Positions 18,709 through 28,538 of a stretch of 64,000 nt of DNA are shown piece after piece. The notes under the pieces were generated by a model, which saw only the letters and a list, made by a program, of their open reading frames with translations, searched no databases and was not told the origin of the DNA. This DNA comes from a virus, in the IMG/VR virus record IMGVR_UViG_3300024348_000023, positions 8,169 to 72,168 of that record; one strand, given 5' to 3'. Position 1 is the first letter of the stretch, and each line of letters begins with the position of its first letter. The position numbers and the translations under genes were made by a program.

Positions 18709-19643
18709 TGGCAACATACGGAACAATTAATCAAATTTATGTACCAGGATTAGATACAGCAATTCAATCTGCAACAACAACTCTTTCAACATCAGTTGCT
18801 GTTCCGCTAATTGCTGCAAATCTTGCAGGGTTTTATAATGCTTATGAAGTAACAATTCTAAGCGGAGGATCATGGGTGAGACCAGTAAACAGCGCACCAA
18901 TGGTAGAAGTAACACTCGTTGGCGGTGGCGGTGGCGGAGGCTGCACAAATGGATCTGTTAATCATGGTGGCGGTGGAGCAGGACAACTTTTAAAAAGAAT
19001 TGTGAGCATTGCTTCAGTACCAGTTGGACAAGGAATTTCAATTGGAATTGCAGGAGGCGGAACTTGTAATGCACAGGGTGGAAACTCAACATTTGGAACT
19101 TCAGGACAGCCATTCTATATGGTTGCATATGGTGGAGGATCAACACAAGGTAATGGTCAATCTGGTTCATGTGGTCCAGGAGCAGATAATATTACAGGAA
19201 TTGGCTCAGGTGGCGGAGGTCAAGGAGAATGGGTAAACTCATGGGGAGCAGGCGGTGGCGGTGGCGGAGCAGGCGGTGCTGGACATCAGCCTAACGTTCA
19301 CTTTACAAGCTCAGGAGGATACTCAGGATACTTTGGTGGATCAAGAGCATCATCAGAAGGATCTTCAGGCGGTGGCCCAGGATGGGCAAACTCAAATGAT
19401 TCTGGAAGACGTGCACAAGGTGGACAAGGTGGTTCAGGACTTTATGGACTTGCTGGCGGTGGCGGAGGATCAGGAAGAGGCACAGGTGGCGGAGGATCAA
19501 ATGGCGGAGGCCAAGGTTATGGAGACTACATTGGAACACCAAGAGCAGATGCACAACCAAATACAGGTTCTGGTGGCGGTGGCGGTGGAGGAAACACTGG
19601 TGGTTCAGGAGTCTGCAAGATTACCTATTGGGTAAAAGCTTAA
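18708..19643 (+). CDS. Glycine-rich domain virion protein, paralogue of 17190
   Basis: Shares the Q.Y.PGL.T.I start, W.RP.NS.P.V and the Y.VKA end. Confidence 0.8.
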   Translation: MATYGTINQIYVPGLDTAIQSATTTLSTSVAVPLIAANLAGFYNAYEVTILSGGSWVRPVNSAPMVEVTLVGGGGGGGCTNGSVNHGGGGAGQLLKRIVSIASVPVGQGISIGIAGGGTCNAQGGNSTFGTSGQPFYMVAYGGGSTQGNGQSGSCGPGADNITGIGSGGGGQGEWVNSWGAGGGGGGAGGAGHQPNVHFTSSGGYSGYFGGSRASSEGSSGGGPGWANSNDSGRRAQGGQGGSGLYGLAGGGGGSGRGTGGGGSNGGGQGYGDYIGTPRADAQPNTGSGGGGGGGNTGGSGVCKITYWVKA

Positions 19644-19670
19644 TAATTAAAGAAATAAAAGGAGAATAAA

Positions 19671-20108
19671 ATGCCAGTATCAATGACCCCACAGGCTGTT
19701 ACACCATCTTTGTGGACATACACATACCTTCAAGCACCAATTAATGGTCAAGGGTTTACATACTTTAACATTCCAGTAGAGTTTTCTGATTTGGGAACAA
19801 GAAACGCTGGAGGAACAGCAACCTGCGATTTATCAGCAGCTGGGGTATTCAAGGTGATTGCAAACGGAAATATGACTGTAGCATTCACAAACTTTCCATC
19901 AACAGCAAAAGCTGCTTTTTGGCAAGTTGAAATCAAGGCTGGTGGATCATACACAATTACATGGCCAGGAGTCGTTAAGTGGGATGGTGGCGGAGCTGCA
20001 AACGTAGCACCACTTCTATCAACAAATACAACACTTTTGAACTTCTACACAAAAGACGGTGGAGCAACTGTCTACGGCGGATACGCATTCGCTGATCTAT
20101 TTATTTAA
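19671..20108 (+). CDS. Fibre C-terminal-type beta domain protein
   Basis: F.N.P....ITWP..VKW.GG..P.L......F.T.DGG.T.YG motif. Confidence 0.65.
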   Translation: MPVSMTPQAVTPSLWTYTYLQAPINGQGFTYFNIPVEFSDLGTRNAGGTATCDLSAAGVFKVIANGNMTVAFTNFPSTAKAAFWQVEIKAGGSYTITWPGVVKWDGGGAANVAPLLSTNTTLLNFYTKDGGATVYGGYAFADLFI

Positions 20109-20125
20109 TATTAAAAGGGGAATCC

Positions 20126-20569
20126 ATGTACGCAATAGTTAAGGATAAAGAAATCATCAACGTTGGTGAAATAACAGTATTATTTCCAAATACTTCATTT
20201 CCTGCTAGTGGCGACTATGGAGACTTTATAAAAGAAAATGATCTATATCCAGTTGTTACTGATTTAGATTATGATTCAAATACTGAAAAGCTAGTACCAT
20301 GTGCTCCTTACATTAAAAGCAAAAAGGTTTATAATGTTGAAGTTCAACCAATTTCTGCAGAAGATCAAAAAGATATTTTGCTGGCGCATATCGACTTTGA
20401 ACTTATTTCTACAGAAGGCTTGGAAACAAAATCTGATTTATCTGCAAAAGATAAGCAGGCGTGGGTAAAGTATAGAGAAAAGCTTAACTTATTAAAAGAA
20501 TATTCAAATGTATCAGAGATTACATGGCCAGAAAAGCCTGTAGTTTATGGTGGAACAGAGGAAAACTAA
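20126..20569 (+). CDS. Tail fibre assembly chaperone-like protein
   Basis: LFPNTSFP N-terminus and W..YR..L.......I.WP.KP C-terminus. Confidence 0.65.
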   Translation: MYAIVKDKEIINVGEITVLFPNTSFPASGDYGDFIKENDLYPVVTDLDYDSNTEKLVPCAPYIKSKKVYNVEVQPISAEDQKDILLAHIDFELISTEGLETKSDLSAKDKQAWVKYREKLNLLKEYSNVSEITWPEKPVVYGGTEEN

Positions 20570-21286
20570 TTGCTACCTAATCAGCGTTCAAATTTTCGTA
20601 GAGCTAGATTTACAACATTAGGTCTAAGACTGCATTTAGATGCTTCTCTTCCAGCGACAGTCATTAGAGACGGATCTAACTTTGTTTCAGCATGGAACGA
20701 TAAGTCTGGCGCAGGAAGACACATGGTACAAGCAACACAGGCGAATAAGCCACAATTTCAAGTAACAGGACTAGGTGGACTCGGTGCCATTCAGTTTGAT
20801 GGTGTGGATGATTTTATGACTTTCTCAGATCAAACCCTGGCATATATTGCTGGAAGATCTTTTACAATTTTTTATGTTGCATCAAAACCAGCAAATAATA
20901 ATACATGGGTTTTTGGTGGAACAAATACAGGAACAAGAACAAATCTTTATGCAGGCAACTTGACAGCTAATACACACAGAGTTGGATTTTATAATGACGA
21001 TCAAGGATCTATTGTCACAGCAGCTGCTTCAGGAATAACAGAAATTTATACAATTATTTATGATTCATCAAATAACCAGAGAACTATAAGAAGAAATAGG
21101 GTTGAAGTATCTCGTGCCGTAACTAGTGGATCAGTTGCTTCAATGACTGGCCAAGCAATTGGTAGATATGTGTCATCTTATGGCAACTTTAAAATTGGAG
21201 AATTCTTAATTTACGATAGAGCTTTACAGTTTGCAGAACAAGAAACTGTTGAAAAAGATCTAATATCTAAGTGGTCTATAGTCTAA
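20570..21286 (+). CDS. LamG/concanavalin A-like virion protein
   Basis: GL.LHLDAS...VS.W.DKSG.G.H...FDGVDD...IGE.LIY.RAL...E...L..KW. Confidence 0.7.
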   Translation: MLPNQRSNFRRARFTTLGLRLHLDASLPATVIRDGSNFVSAWNDKSGAGRHMVQATQANKPQFQVTGLGGLGAIQFDGVDDFMTFSDQTLAYIAGRSFTIFYVASKPANNNTWVFGGTNTGTRTNLYAGNLTANTHRVGFYNDDQGSIVTAAASGITEIYTIIYDSSNNQRTIRRNRVEVSRAVTSGSVASMTGQAIGRYVSSYGNFKIGEFLIYDRALQFAEQETVEKDLISKWSIV

Positions 21287-21299
21287 GGGGGATTAAAGT

Positions 21300-23669
21300 A
21301 TGTCATATGCTCCAATTAGATTTGCAGGACCTTCTTTAATCCCAGCATCTCCAGCTAAAATTTACACAGCTGTATCTACAATAATCATTAAAGAATTTAC
21401 CGTAACAAATTTTAGCGGTTCAACTTTGCCGTTCAGCATATTTTTATTAGGTGAAAATGGCGATCAAGTAATTAATCTTTATGGTGTAAATAGATCTAGT
21501 TTGGATCCCTATACACTTTATGGAAATGTAAATGTACAAAATAACACAACACTTAAACTAGAACATTCATTAATTTTAAATGCTGGAGAGTCAATTGCAG
21601 CAGTTACAACAACACCAAATTGCTACTCATTAACAATATCTGGAGTTGATCTTTCAGGTACACTTTCAGGTGGAGGATCAGGCGGAGGAACAACAGGAGC
21701 ATCAGGAGCAGGTTATTCAGATATTACTTCAATAACAACAAATGCTGTAACAACAGGATCAAAAGTATTTTATGTAAATAATAGCGGGGCTTATACTGCA
21801 GGACAACGTGTGCGTGTAATTAATCCACTTGCACTAACAACTTATGTTGAGGGTACAATTACACAAGTTGTAAAAAATGTAAGTATAACTGTAGCAGTAG
21901 ATGCAAAAAATGGAACAGGTACTTATTCTGATTGGGTATTTGCTGTAACTGGAAATCCAGGAGTTAATGGCACAATTGGAGTTAATGGTGCAGCTGGCCC
22001 AACTGGTCCAACTGGAGCAGCGGGAGCAACAGGCCCAACTGGTTCTACAGGCGCAACTGGACAAGGACTGACACTTCAAAATGTTGTTGCTAACGTTGGA
22101 GCACTACCAACAACAGCACCACTTGGCGCAGCATATATAATTTCATCAACTCAAGAAATTTATATTTATAGTGGGCTTGCCTGGGTAAATGGTGGTACAT
22201 ACAAGGGGCCAACAGGTTCTACTGGGCCAACAGGTTCTACTGGGCCAACAGGATCAACAGGAGCAACTGGCGCAGCTGGAAGATCAATTAATGTTAAAGG
22301 CACAAAAGCCAATGTTGCAGCTTTACCATCTTCAGGAAATGTTTCTGGAGATTCATGGATTGTTTTAACAGACTTACACTTGTATGTTTGGGATGGAACA
22401 GCTTGGTTAGATGCTGGGCAGTTCCAGGGCCCAACAGGTGCAACTGGACCAGCAACGATATCTATTGGAACAGTTACCACTACAGGACCAACAGGCGTTG
22501 CATCTATAACAAATTCTGGTTCAGGCACAGTTGGAGTTTTTGATTTTGTTTTACCACAAGGACCAGTAGGAGCAACTGGAGCAACTGGAAATGCTGCAAC
22601 TGTCGCAATAGGAACTATAACATCTACTGGGCCAACTGGAATTCCTTCTGTTACAAATGTTGGAACACCAACAGCAGCACTTCTAGACTTTTTATTAAAA
22701 CAAGGTCCAACAGGCCCAACAGGTCCAGCAGGTCCAACAACCATAACAATTGGATCGGTAACCCCAACAGGCCCAACAGGTGTTCCAGGGATAACAAATT
22801 CAGGTACTACAACAGATCTTGTTTTAAATTTCACACTAGCACAAGGTCCAACAGGTGCAGTAGGAGCTACAGGACCTACAGGTGCAGCAAGCACAGCAGT
22901 AGGCCCAACTGGCCCAGCAGGTGTCACAGGTCCTACAGGTGCAACAGGAACAGCTGGGGCTGATGGAACATCAGTAAGAATATTAGGCACCTATGCATCA
23001 GAAGCTGCACTTAACGCAGCACGTCCAACAGGAACATTGGGTGACGGATACTTAATTACTGGACAACTTTATGTTTGGACGGGATCTGCTTGGGTAAATG
23101 TTGGAAGCATTCAAGGCCCAACAGGCTCAACAGGGCCAACAGGTGCATCTATTACAGGGCCAACAGGCCCAGCAGGCGCAACAGGTGCAACTGGCTCAAA
23201 CGGCTCTAGCATTCAGGGACCAACAGGTCCAGCAGGTGCAACGGGCCCAGCGGGACCAACAGGTGCAACAGGTGCAACTGGGTCAGGCTTACAGGGACCA
23301 ACAGGTCCTACAGGCGCAACAGGGCCTTCTGGAGGACCAACTGGCCCTACTGGAGTAAGTATTGTACAGAATTTCCAGGTAACAAATAGCGGTTCAAGCG
23401 GATATTCTGTTGATGGAACAAACAATAAAGCTTTAACATTAGTAAGAGGCCAAACATATTTCTTTACTATAAATGCTGCAGGACACCCGTTCTGGATTAA
23501 AACAACACAATCTACAGGCACAGGTAACCAGTATAATACTGGAGTAACTAATAACGGATCTGAAGTTGGTGGAATTACATTTACTGTTGACGCAACTGCC
23601 CCAAATACGTTATACTATATTTGTCAGTTCCACTCTTCAATGACAGGTGCCATAAATATAATTGGCTAA
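21300..23669 (+). CDS. Collagen-like fibre with C-terminal cupredoxin-like domain
   Basis: Many GPT/GAT tracts and LP..G..GD....LYVW.G..W modules. C-terminus has L.RGQTY.F...GHPF.I...[16 protein letters not shown]. Confidence 0.8.
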   Translation: MSYAPIRFAGPSLIPASPAKIYTAVSTIIIKEFTVTNFSGSTLPFSIFLLGENGDQVINLYGVNRSSLDPYTLYGNVNVQNNTTLKLEHSLILNAGESIAAVTTTPNCYSLTISGVDLSGTLSGGGSGGGTTGASGAGYSDITSITTNAVTTGSKVFYVNNSGAYTAGQRVRVINPLALTTYVEGTITQVVKNVSITVAVDAKNGTGTYSDWVFAVTGNPGVNGTIGVNGAAGPTGPTGAAGATGPTGSTGATGQGLTLQNVVANVGALPTTAPLGAAYIISSTQEIYIYSGLAWVNGGTYKGPTGSTGPTGSTGPTGSTGATGAAGRSINVKGTKANVAALPSSGNVSGDSWIVLTDLHLYVWDGTAWLDAGQFQGPTGATGPATISIGTVTTTGPTGVASITNSGSGTVGVFDFVLPQGPVGATGATGNAATVAIGTITSTGPTGIPSVTNVGTPTAALLDFLLKQGPTGPTGPAGPTTITIGSVTPTGPTGVPGITNSGTTTDLVLNFTLAQGPTGAVGATGPTGAASTAVGPTGPAGVTGPTGATGTAGADGTSVRILGTYASEAALNAARPTGTLGDGYLITGQLYVWTGSAWVNVGSIQGPTGSTGPTGASITGPTGPAGATGATGSNGSSIQGPTGPAGATGPAGPTGATGATGSGLQGPTGPTGATGPSGGPTGPTGVSIVQNFQVTNSGSSGYSVDGTNNKALTLVRGQTYFFTINAAGHPFWIKTTQSTGTGNQYNTGVTNNGSEVGGITFTVDATAPNTLYYICQFHSSMTGAINIIG

Positions 23670-23687
23670 ATAAAAGTCAGGATGTAA

Positions 23688-24749
23688 ATGAAAATAGCAG
23701 TATACACAATTGCTTTAAATGAAGAGCAATTTGTTGAGCGTTGGTACGAGTCTGCAAAATATGCTGACTGTTTATTAATTGCAGACACAGGCTCTACAGA
23801 TAAAACAAAAGAAATAGCATCAAAACTTGGTATAGAAGTTCATTCTATATCCGTGGCTCCCTGGCGATTTGATGATGCTAGAAATGCAGCACTTGCATTA
23901 ATTCCTTCAGATATAGATTACTGCATATCTTTAGATATGGATGAGATATTATCAGAAGGTTGGCGGGAAGAATTAGAAAAACTGCCATCTACAGTAACAA
24001 GACCAATACATAGGCTTGTAACATCATTTGATGAAAATGGAATTCCAGGCGTTGAGTTTGATGCATTAAGAATTCACTCAAGACATGGACATCGGTGGAA
24101 ATATCCAATTCATGAATCTGTTGCATTTTATGGCATAGATGAAGTAAGACAGGATGTGGATATTAAAATATTTCACCATCCAGATAATAATAAATCTAGA
24201 GGACAGTACTTGCCTTTGCTGCAAATGGCAGCACAAGAAGATCCAACAAGCGATAGATGTGCTCATTATTATGCAAGAGAATTGTACTACTATGCCAGGT
24301 ATGAAGATGCAGCAGCAGAATTTAAAAGACATTTATCGCTGCCTTCCGCATTCTGGAAACCAGAAAGATGTGAGTCAATGCGCTACATTGCAAAGTGTGA
24401 GCCTAACGATAGAGAGTATTGGCTTAGACTGGCTATTGCAGAGTGTCCAGAAAGAAGAGAGCCTTTTGTAGATCTTGCTCAATATTTTTATGAGCTTAAA
24501 GAGTGGGATAGAGTAAAAGAGTACTCACAGCTTGCCTTGAATATAAAAGAAAAATTCTTGGGTTATTTTTGTGAAACAGATGCTTGGGGCTGGAAGCCTC
24601 ATGATCTAATGGCTTTGGCCAACTACAATTTAGGGCTAGATGAAGAGGCATTACTTCATGGTAAAATTGCATTAGATCTTAATAATGATGATAGGCTAAA
24701 AAAGAATGTAGAATTCTACGAGCTAGCCTTGTCAAACAATGGAGAGTAA
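23688..24749 (+). CDS. GT2 glycosyltransferase with TPR C-terminus
   Basis: IA.NEE, DTGSTD.T, F..ARN.AL, LDMDE (DxD) and IHE, followed by helical TPR-like repeats. Confidence 0.9.
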   Translation: MKIAVYTIALNEEQFVERWYESAKYADCLLIADTGSTDKTKEIASKLGIEVHSISVAPWRFDDARNAALALIPSDIDYCISLDMDEILSEGWREELEKLPSTVTRPIHRLVTSFDENGIPGVEFDALRIHSRHGHRWKYPIHESVAFYGIDEVRQDVDIKIFHHPDNNKSRGQYLPLLQMAAQEDPTSDRCAHYYARELYYYARYEDAAAEFKRHLSLPSAFWKPERCESMRYIAKCEPNDREYWLRLAIAECPERREPFVDLAQYFYELKEWDRVKEYSQLALNIKEKFLGYFCETDAWGWKPHDLMALANYNLGLDEEALLHGKIALDLNNDDRLKKNVEFYELALSNNGE

Positions 24750-26509
24750 TGTCATATCGCTTAAAGGTAATAAAAGATAGCCCTATTGGTTTCTGGATGC
24801 TTGATGAATCATCAAGCAGTACAGTGGCTATGGATTATTCTGGTTGCAATAATAATGGATCGTATACAGGTTCTCCTGCAACAAACATGTTGCCTTTAGT
24901 AACAGGCGGAGGATCAGGTACAAAAATTACTAACTCAGCATATGTAACTTTTCCATTAACAAACAACTATTATACAAGCACAACAACACCTGGGATGGCA
25001 ACTAAATACTCATCCGATAACGATTTTACTATTGAATGCTGGATTAATCAATCAATTAAGTCTAGCTCAAAAACAATATTGTTTGCTGACGATACAAACA
25101 AGATTGGTCTGTATTGGGATAACGGAGATATTGTTTTTAACATTTCTCAAAATGATGAAATTAGATACCCAGTCACTTACTCAAAAAGATCAATGCATAT
25201 AGTAGGAGTTTATTCTATATCTTCATTTTCCTTATATGTTGATGCAAGGCTTGTTGCAACAAAAGCATTATCTCCAGAATTTAAATTTACAAATACATCA
25301 ATATCTTTGACATCAGGACCTACATCTAGCGCATTAGATTCTTTTGTGTTTGATGCTCCAGCAGTATATAGATATTCTTTATCTCCTCAGTCTATATTAA
25401 ATCATTACAATGCAGGAAGCGTTTCTGCCTCAGCAATACAAATTGTAGCTCCAGACGAAGGCGTACTATTTTCTGGAACAGACGCATCTATAAGAGCTCA
25501 GTTTCAATACTCCTATCCTATAAATAGAAGGTGGACTGAGTTTCTGGATGAAAATACTTATTATGATGAAAATGCAGGTTATATTTCTTTTTACAAAACA
25601 GATACCTCTACATCAAGAACTTTTGTAATTAATGATTTTCTTATGGTTCCAAGCGGTATACCTTATACAACTTCTAAGGTGGAGTGGAGAAATGATTTAA
25701 ATATTTCTGTTGAGTCCAGCGTAGATGGAACGTCCTGGTCAAATTGCACAAATGGAATGCCTCTGCCTCAGTATACAAAAGATTCGTTTAGCACAACAGG
25801 CTTAGTCTATATTAGAATAACAATGACAACACCTGATGCAAGCAAGTATCTTCCAAGGCTTGCTTATTTTGCTATTAGTTTTTATACAAACAAAGACGTA
25901 TATGCAGATAATGGGGGATACAAAATAACCTCTCCCACAGAATACTATATAGGCTCATTAAATTATCCTGTGCTTTCAAGACATTACGATAATGGAATTA
26001 GAACAAAGCCAGGGTCTGGATTTAACCTGTCCGCTTCTTCTAACGTGCATGCCATAGAAATGCTTTTTACGCCCTCTACAAGCGCCGCTAACACCCTTAT
26101 ATATATTCCCGCAAGTGGATCTGTGGCAGAAACAAAGTATGCCTGGAATGGCTCAGGAACGGTTTCTAAGGCCAATGTGCTAGAAGTATTTGTAAATGGT
26201 GTAGACAGGACGGCAGCAACAAATATAAGCTCATTCCTAGTTCCAGAAGAAATTCACCATATTGTAATTACTTTAGCTAGCCCAATAAAGGGAGATATAC
26301 AGTTTAATTATTTAGTATCTGGTGGACCAACGTGTCTATATAACAATATAGCTGTATATCCAGACGATATAACTCAGCAGATTGCAATAAACCACTACAA
26401 CCTATATATCGGAAAAATAATAACATCAGTATCCGATCCGTCCATTGTTGTAACAGAAAAGCCATTCAAGGCTTACAATAATGACTGGATAGTGTTACAA
26501 AGTATATAA
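24749..26509 (+). CDS. LamG-domain structural protein
   Basis: P.GFW.LDE...D.SG..N.G.Y, FTIECW, HIVGVY...LYVD and AVYRY.L...I..HY. Confidence 0.7.
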   Translation: MSYRLKVIKDSPIGFWMLDESSSSTVAMDYSGCNNNGSYTGSPATNMLPLVTGGGSGTKITNSAYVTFPLTNNYYTSTTTPGMATKYSSDNDFTIECWINQSIKSSSKTILFADDTNKIGLYWDNGDIVFNISQNDEIRYPVTYSKRSMHIVGVYSISSFSLYVDARLVATKALSPEFKFTNTSISLTSGPTSSALDSFVFDAPAVYRYSLSPQSILNHYNAGSVSASAIQIVAPDEGVLFSGTDASIRAQFQYSYPINRRWTEFLDENTYYDENAGYISFYKTDTSTSRTFVINDFLMVPSGIPYTTSKVEWRNDLNISVESSVDGTSWSNCTNGMPLPQYTKDSFSTTGLVYIRITMTTPDASKYLPRLAYFAISFYTNKDVYADNGGYKITSPTEYYIGSLNYPVLSRHYDNGIRTKPGSGFNLSASSNVHAIEMLFTPSTSAANTLIYIPASGSVAETKYAWNGSGTVSKANVLEVFVNGVDRTAATNISSFLVPEEIHHIVITLASPIKGDIQFNYLVSGGPTCLYNNIAVYPDDITQQIAINHYNLYIGKIITSVSDPSIVVTEKPFKAYNNDWIVLQSI

Positions 26510-26535
26510 TTCTGTCACACTAGTTGACAAAAAGC

Positions 26536-26564
26536 TGGACTTGAGTAGATAATAATGGTAAAAT
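26536..26564 (+). promoter_or_regulatory. Sigma70-type promoter of the portal operon (probably leaderless)
   Basis: TGGACT-N17-TAAAAT with a TG extension. The ATG is 8 nt downstream and there is no SD. Confidence 0.55.
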
Positions 26565-26572
26565 AAAGACCT

Positions 26573-26914
26573 ATGGATATTAATAACACTAAGTATAAAG
26601 TACTTGATGAAGAGAGCACACTAGGCATCTATGTCTGGGAGATGCCAGACGGACGTTGGATTGGAGACGATGATGGGAATTTTCTTTCAGTCACGTCAAA
26701 AAAGAACAACCGATCAAGAATGGATGCTTTGGCTAGAGAAGTTCGCTCATACGGTATTTATGAGGGCCAACCTAAATTCCTTTCTGCAAGAAGAAAAATT
26801 GATGACGAAGAATTTGAATACCAAAAACAAAGACTAAACTGGGGATTAATTCCAGACCCTATGGATATTGGTAATTACAAAGATGAAATGAAAAAGATGG
26901 GTGGCATGAGATGA
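26573..26914 (+). CDS. Hypothetical protein upstream of portal
   Basis: ORF with an ATGA overlap to the portal gene. Confidence 0.75.
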   Translation: MDINNTKYKVLDEESTLGIYVWEMPDGRWIGDDDGNFLSVTSKKNNRSRMDALAREVRSYGIYEGQPKFLSARRKIDDEEFEYQKQRLNWGLIPDPMDIGNYKDEMKKMGGMR

Positions 26915-28485
26915 TTGAATTTCAAGAAGAAGACGGAAGCACAATTGATATATCAAACACAGCAGACTGGTTTTCTTTTAAAAAAGAGCAACCAACAAAT
27001 GACCCATTTTCTATAAGCGGAGATGACCTAAGAAAAGTCAGAGGTTTGGGAGCATCTTTTAAGAGAAAGATTAATCGAGAATTCTCAAAATCATTTACAG
27101 GAATTGAAGGCGTAGGCACACAACAAAATCTTCTTGCACAAGCTATTAGCGGCTATGCAATGTTTGATCTTATTGAACCACCATACAATCAAGAATATCT
27201 GTCTAAAATCTATGAGGTCTCAACATATAATTATGCAGCAATCAATGCAAAGGTTGCTAACATTGTTGGATTAGGCTATGACTTTATTGAAACAAAAAAG
27301 ACAAACGATGCATTTGATTCAATTACAGATGAAAAGCAATTAGAAAGAGCCCGTAAGAAGCTTAACAAGCTGCGTCAAGATTTGCACTCATGGCTTGATA
27401 CAACAAATGAAGAGGATACCTTTACTCAAACACTAATTAAGGTTTATACAGATTTAGAAGCAACAGGCAATGGCTACATTGAAATAGGAAGAACAACAGG
27501 CGGAAACATTGGATATATTGGGCATATTCCCGCAAAGACAATGCGTGTTCGCAGATTAAGAGATGGTTTTATTCAATTGCTTTATGGTAAGGCAGTTTTC
27601 TTTAATAATTTTGGTGATTCAGAAACAGAAAATCCTATTGCTGGACAAGAAGACCGACCAAATGAAATTATTCATTTAAAGAAATATACACCAATGAACA
27701 ATTACTATGGCGTTCCAGATATTGTAGCAGCACAAGTCGCCCTAACTGGTAATGAATTTTCTGGAAGATACAACCTAGACTATTTTGAAAACAAGGCGGT
27801 CCCAAGATATATCATTACAGTAAAGGGAGCAAAGCTTTCACCAGAGTCAGAAAGAAAGCTTCTTGAGTTTTTCCAAGTTGGCCTTAAGGGCAAAAATCAT
27901 AGATCCCTCTATGTACCACTGCCATCAGATACTCCAGACTCAAAGGTTGAGTTTAAGATGGAGCCAATTGAAGCGGGCAATCAAGAAGGCTCATTTGAAA
28001 AGTATCGTAAATCAAATAGAGATGAAATACTTCTTGCTCACCGTGTACCAATTAATAAGATTGGAACCCCAGAAGGAGTTAATTTAGCAGTTGCTCGTGA
28101 TGCAGATAAGACATTTAAAGAGCAGGTTTGCCGTCCAGCACAAATGATTTTAGAAAAGAAAATCAATAAAATATTTGACGAGAAGACAGATGCCTTAATA
28201 TTAAAGTTTAATGAGCTGACATTGACCGATGAAGATACTCAGTCTAAAATTGATGAGAGATATTTACGCATGCAGGTTATTACGCCTAATGAGGTTAGAA
28301 TCAGAAAGGGCATGATTCCAATTGATGGTGGAGACCAGGTTGTTGAATTAAAGCCACAAGCAGCAGCAGAAGCAAAAGCCCAAGCTGGAAATACCAGACA
28401 AAGATCACAAGATCGCCAAGCAACCGCTCCAGATGTCTCTGGAGAAGGCAGAAATGCCAAGGGTGATGGCAGACAAGTTGACTAA
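26911..28485 (+). CDS. Portal protein
   Basis: D.EATGNGY.E, NEIIH.K...YYG.P, YFEN.A.P, EIL.AHRVP and ITPNE.R; lies directly before the protease and capsid genes. Confidence 0.9.
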   Translation: MIEFQEEDGSTIDISNTADWFSFKKEQPTNDPFSISGDDLRKVRGLGASFKRKINREFSKSFTGIEGVGTQQNLLAQAISGYAMFDLIEPPYNQEYLSKIYEVSTYNYAAINAKVANIVGLGYDFIETKKTNDAFDSITDEKQLERARKKLNKLRQDLHSWLDTTNEEDTFTQTLIKVYTDLEATGNGYIEIGRTTGGNIGYIGHIPAKTMRVRRLRDGFIQLLYGKAVFFNNFGDSETENPIAGQEDRPNEIIHLKKYTPMNNYYGVPDIVAAQVALTGNEFSGRYNLDYFENKAVPRYIITVKGAKLSPESERKLLEFFQVGLKGKNHRSLYVPLPSDTPDSKVEFKMEPIEAGNQEGSFEKYRKSNRDEILLAHRVPINKIGTPEGVNLAVARDADKTFKEQVCRPAQMILEKKINKIFDEKTDALILKFNELTLTDEDTQSKIDERYLRMQVITPNEVRIRKGMIPIDGGDQVVELKPQAAAEAKAQAGNTRQRSQDRQATAPDVSGEGRNAKGDGRQVD

Positions 28486-28502
28486 CTTTACTCAACTGTT
28501 AT

Positions 28503-28531
28503 TTGCCTTTTTATATATAAGTCGCTAAAAT
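28503..28531 (+). promoter_or_regulatory. Promoter of the protease/capsid operon (probably leaderless)
   Basis: TTGCCT-N17-TAAAAT, with the ATG 7 nt after the -10 and no SD. Confidence 0.65.
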
Positions 28532-28538
28532 TAAGCAT

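Noticed and set aside
22166-23521. Long antisense ORFs over collagen, Gly-rich, scaffold and TMP genes
   Set aside because: These are shadows of repetitive or biased codon usage, with no SD or promoter and no recognisable motifs.
21300-23669. Collagen tracts as substrate of the P4H-like enzyme
   Set aside because: Pro sits in the X position (Gly-Pro-Thr), whereas collagen P4H acts on Y-position Pro. The PPVV protein is the better candidate, though this is not formally excluded.
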